A stretch of DNA of 64,000 nucleotides from Cyanophora paradoxa CCMP329 (Eukaryota > Plantae > Glaucophyta), in contig QPMI01000657.1 in NCBI GenBank assembly GCA_004431415.1, positions 1 to 64,000 of the forward strand. The letters are read 5' to 3'. The first letter of the stretch is position 1; each line of letters starts with the position of its first letter. Made by a program: the position numbers and the translations under genes. Below, one piece after another: positions 60,895 to 64,000 of this stretch. Below the pieces are notes generated by a model, which saw only the letters and a program-made list of their open reading frames with translations, did no database searches and had not been told where the DNA came from.

Positions 60895-63767
60895 ATGAGG
60901 GTGCATACATGGCCAGACGTCGCAGCTGATGGTGCGAGGCTCGCTGCGCCCTGCCGCTTCGCTCCGCCGAGCTTAAGGCGCGCGCGCAGCTGCGGAGGAC
61001 GAGGACTGGGCGTCTGGCCCGCGGGCAAAGGCCCCCGACTCTAGATCTCTCAGCCCCGACTCGTCGCCACGACGCCAACGCGACCGACGCTGGCCGACGG
61101 CGTGGGCAGAGATCCCTGCGGCCTTCAAGGAGGGCAACTCGTCCCTCTTCTTCGGCGGGGAGAAGCCGGCCACGTATTTGATGGTCGACATGCAGGAGTA
61201 TGCGAAGATGGAGGACGAGGCGGAGCAGGTCCTCCGGGAAGCGAACGGGAGCGACAGCGCTAGCGAGCCCGCGGACTCGCCTTTGCAGATCGGCCCGGCG
61301 ACGCCGCCGGAGCCCGCCGCCGACGCCGGCGCGAAGCCCAGTGCAAACGCCGGCTTCTTCGCGAGGCAGCCGGTCCGCGGCCCTCTCGCCCTGTAAGCTG
61401 CGCGCTGACCCTCCGTACCTGCAGTCGCACGCCCCGTACCTGTTCGTCGACGAGGCCGCCGCCGCCGCCGCGGAAACCGCCCTCGTCCTCCTCGCCACCT
61501 CCCTCGCCCCGGCGCCCCCGCCGAACGCCTCCAAGAACCGGTTCGTACCCCTCCCCCCACAGGCGCCCTCGCCGACGCCGTACCCCCCCCCCAGGGTCCT
61601 CTCCGAGGCGCCGCGGAGGCACGAGCCGCCCGGGAAGCGCGCCGAAGACGCCGCCCGCCTCGCAGACGTCTGCACCCCTCCTTTCCGACGACGTACCACC
61701 CTGAAGCTCGCGGCAGGGCCTCTCGGACGCGCGGCTGCTGGGGGCACCCCTGTTCACCTCCTTCGGCGGGCGCGTCCGCTTCCGCTGGATGCTCGCCGCC
61801 CTCCGCTTCTCCGGGTACCCCCACCTCGTTCGCCCCCCCCCCTCCCCCTTCCCCCCCGAACGTTAACCGGCCCGCAGGCGAGGGGCGTGCTCCAGGCGCT
61901 CGTGGCTGCGCTGCAGGCGGTGCCGCCCGCCGGCTGGACGCCCGCCGCGGCCGAGATCGTCGTCGACCACGCCTTTGCGCTCCTCCTGGTGCCCGGCCTT
62001 CCTGTACCCTTAGACCTTCCTCCTGTCCTCTTTACGCGGTACGCTGCAGGCGGGGACGGCGGAGGCGCCGCGGACGGCCCACGACCTCTTCGCGATCGAC
62101 TGGCCCACCGCCGCCCGCGTCCGCCCTCCGCCCCCCCCGACCCCCAAGGCTGCCTCTCCGACACGCCGCGCACGCAGCTCCTAGGACGGGTACAGCTGCT
62201 GGGCGGAGACCTGGGCTCCGCCCCGGGCGCCCTCCGCCCCAAGGTCCTCCTGTTCAGCGCTATGCTCTACGATAGGGTACCCGCTTCCCCCTTCGAACCC
62301 CCCCCCCCCCCCCCCCCCCCCAATCCCCCCACGCCCGCGGCCGCAGTACGACAAGCGGGAGGAGGCCATGGGCCTTTACTTCGAGGTCCGTACCCCTCTC
62401 TCAGAACTATTTCTGTACCCGCCGACCCTCGGCAGGCGTGGGCCGAGCTGGTGAAGCGGCAGCTGACCCCCGGGCCGCTGGAGGCCGTTCTGATCCCCGC
62501 CCTGGCCGACCTCCACTGCGCGCCCCACTCTCAGAAACGCTTCCGGCCGGAGCTGAACGCCGCGCAGTCGCGTACATGATGGCGAACCAGGGGCAGCACA
62601 TCGCGGACAAGGCGTACGTGCTCGAGGGCGCTGGCGCCGCCACCCGCTACTCCCTCTACCTCGTAAAGCACCTGGAGGGTAGGCCCCCCCCAGGCCTTCC
62701 CCGGGCGCCGGCTCTGCGCTCGATCGAGCCTCGACCGCAGTCGCTTCGCTGCGGGCGAAGCGCGACGCCTCGCGCGCCACGGCAGCCTCTCGGGAGGCCC
62801 TCGCCCTCGCCGAGTCCCTGGGACCCGACTACGGGTGCGGCGCCCCCCGCCTCGAATCCCTCCCCCGCCCTCCCCGCCCGACGCGCCGCAGCCTGCTGCT
62901 GGGGCGCATCCTCTCGGTGCACGCGCAGAACCTGCAGTTCAGCAGCCGCCTTCACTCGGTGCGCCCCCTCGAGCTCCCCTCTCCCGATCTCCACTCGAGC
63001 CCGCCAGGCGGCCGCGACGTGGGTCCGCACCCTGCGCGCCCTCATGGCCCTCGGCGACCCATCCTTCGCCGACCTCGACTTCGTACCCCACCAGCTCGTG
63101 CGCCCCCGTACCCCCCTCCCCTCCCCCCCGGGCGGCCCTCAGGCGGGCCCTCCGGCGTAGGTCTTCGCGGCCCGGAAGCGCATCTCGGCGCAGGCTCGCT
63201 CCCGAATCCTCGCCGTCGTCGCCCGCCTCGTCTCCGTGCGCTCCTCTCCATTCTCCTTACAGCCAATTGGCCCTTTATGAAGATTCGATCTCACGATAAC
63301 GAGCAGAAAGCGGACCCGAGGGGCGAGAGCCCGATGGCGGCGCACGTGCACTTCCACCGAGGCGAGCACTTCGTGGAGCTGGGTACGCGATTCCTTTCCT
63401 CTTCTGTTCTGTTTTAGGACCGAGGAGGGCTGAGAGCCGCGCAGGCAATCCGGCGCAGGCGCGGGAACACTACGAGGCGGCCCTGCGGATCTACCGCGGC
63501 AGGTTCGGGGATCATTTCATGGAAGACAACACGCGAATAAGGCACATTGTGGAGGCCCTGCGCGAGATCCATGCGACCGCCGGCGGCACGGACGGCGCGT
63601 CTGCGTCGGCCTTCCGGCCCGGCTTCCTCGCGCGCCTCTTCTCCCGGTCCCGCGCGCCCCCCGTGGCGCCCGCGGGCGACGGCCCGGGCCCACCCCTCCA
63701 GCTTCTGAGCACGCCCCGGGCCGTCACGGCAGAGCTTGAGCCGCTCGAGCGCGCGCGGGACCACTAA
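60895..63767 (+). CDS. Multi-exon hypothetical protein, probably helical/TPR-like
   Basis: High-GC3 exons (EIPAAFKEGNSSLFFGGEKPATYLMVDMQEYAKME; AWAELVKRQL; YMMANQGQHIADKAYVLEG; AREHYEAALRIY; RIRHIVEALREIH..ERARDH*) separated by short GT..CAG introns. Start uncertain. Confidence 0.7.
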
Positions 63768-63790
63768 CGATCGATCCTCCAATTTAAGGC

Positions 63791-64000
63791 TTTTTTTTTG
63801 GAAAAGCCCGACCGGGCCAGGTTCGTATTAAGGACAACAACAGCCGCCCCGTCGCTATCATCGACTGGGGGGGCGCCTAGGCTAGCTCTGAGACTCTGCG
63901 GCATAGAAGGAAGACGTCTTGCTACGTAGGCCTAGCTATCCGCGATCGAGCTGGAGCGTGTGGGGGTCTTGAGGCGGGAGTGTCCTTGGCCCTGAGGGGG
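63791..64000 (-). mobile_element. Probable 3' end of another retroposed element, running out of the window
   Basis: T9 at 63791-63799, followed by TATTAAGGACAACAA, which nearly matches TATTAAAGACAACAA beside the tail of the 28145 element. Confidence 0.5.

Overview
GC-rich, intron-rich eukaryotic DNA (probably an alga or protist), with single-base homopolymer indels typical of a long-read assembly. More than half of the window is non-LTR retrotransposon sequence, all on the minus strand. The main element is a very large LINE family in two near-identical copies: A (<1 to ~14350, possibly to 19266) and B (44887-58435, poly(A)-tailed, 5'-truncated). Its ORF2 (~3000 aa) reads APE endonuclease - RT - RNase H - split CCHC finger - intact Ulp1/SENP (C48) protease. 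Its ORF1 ends in an RGG box and carries sense-strand GT-AG introns retained in both copies; removing one restores the reading frame. A ~300-bp structured segment occurs both before ORF2 and upstream of a 140-bp tandem array that precedes ORF1. The window also holds a Tx1/L1-like LINE (~20194-26885), a 367-bp retroposed 3' fragment with a 15-bp TSD, another poly(A) end at 63791, a multi-exon soluble adenylyl cyclase-like gene (31294-~44440, minus), a multi-exon hypothetical gene (~60895-63767, plus) and several tandem repeats. Most ORFs in the supplied track are spurious GC-rich frames.
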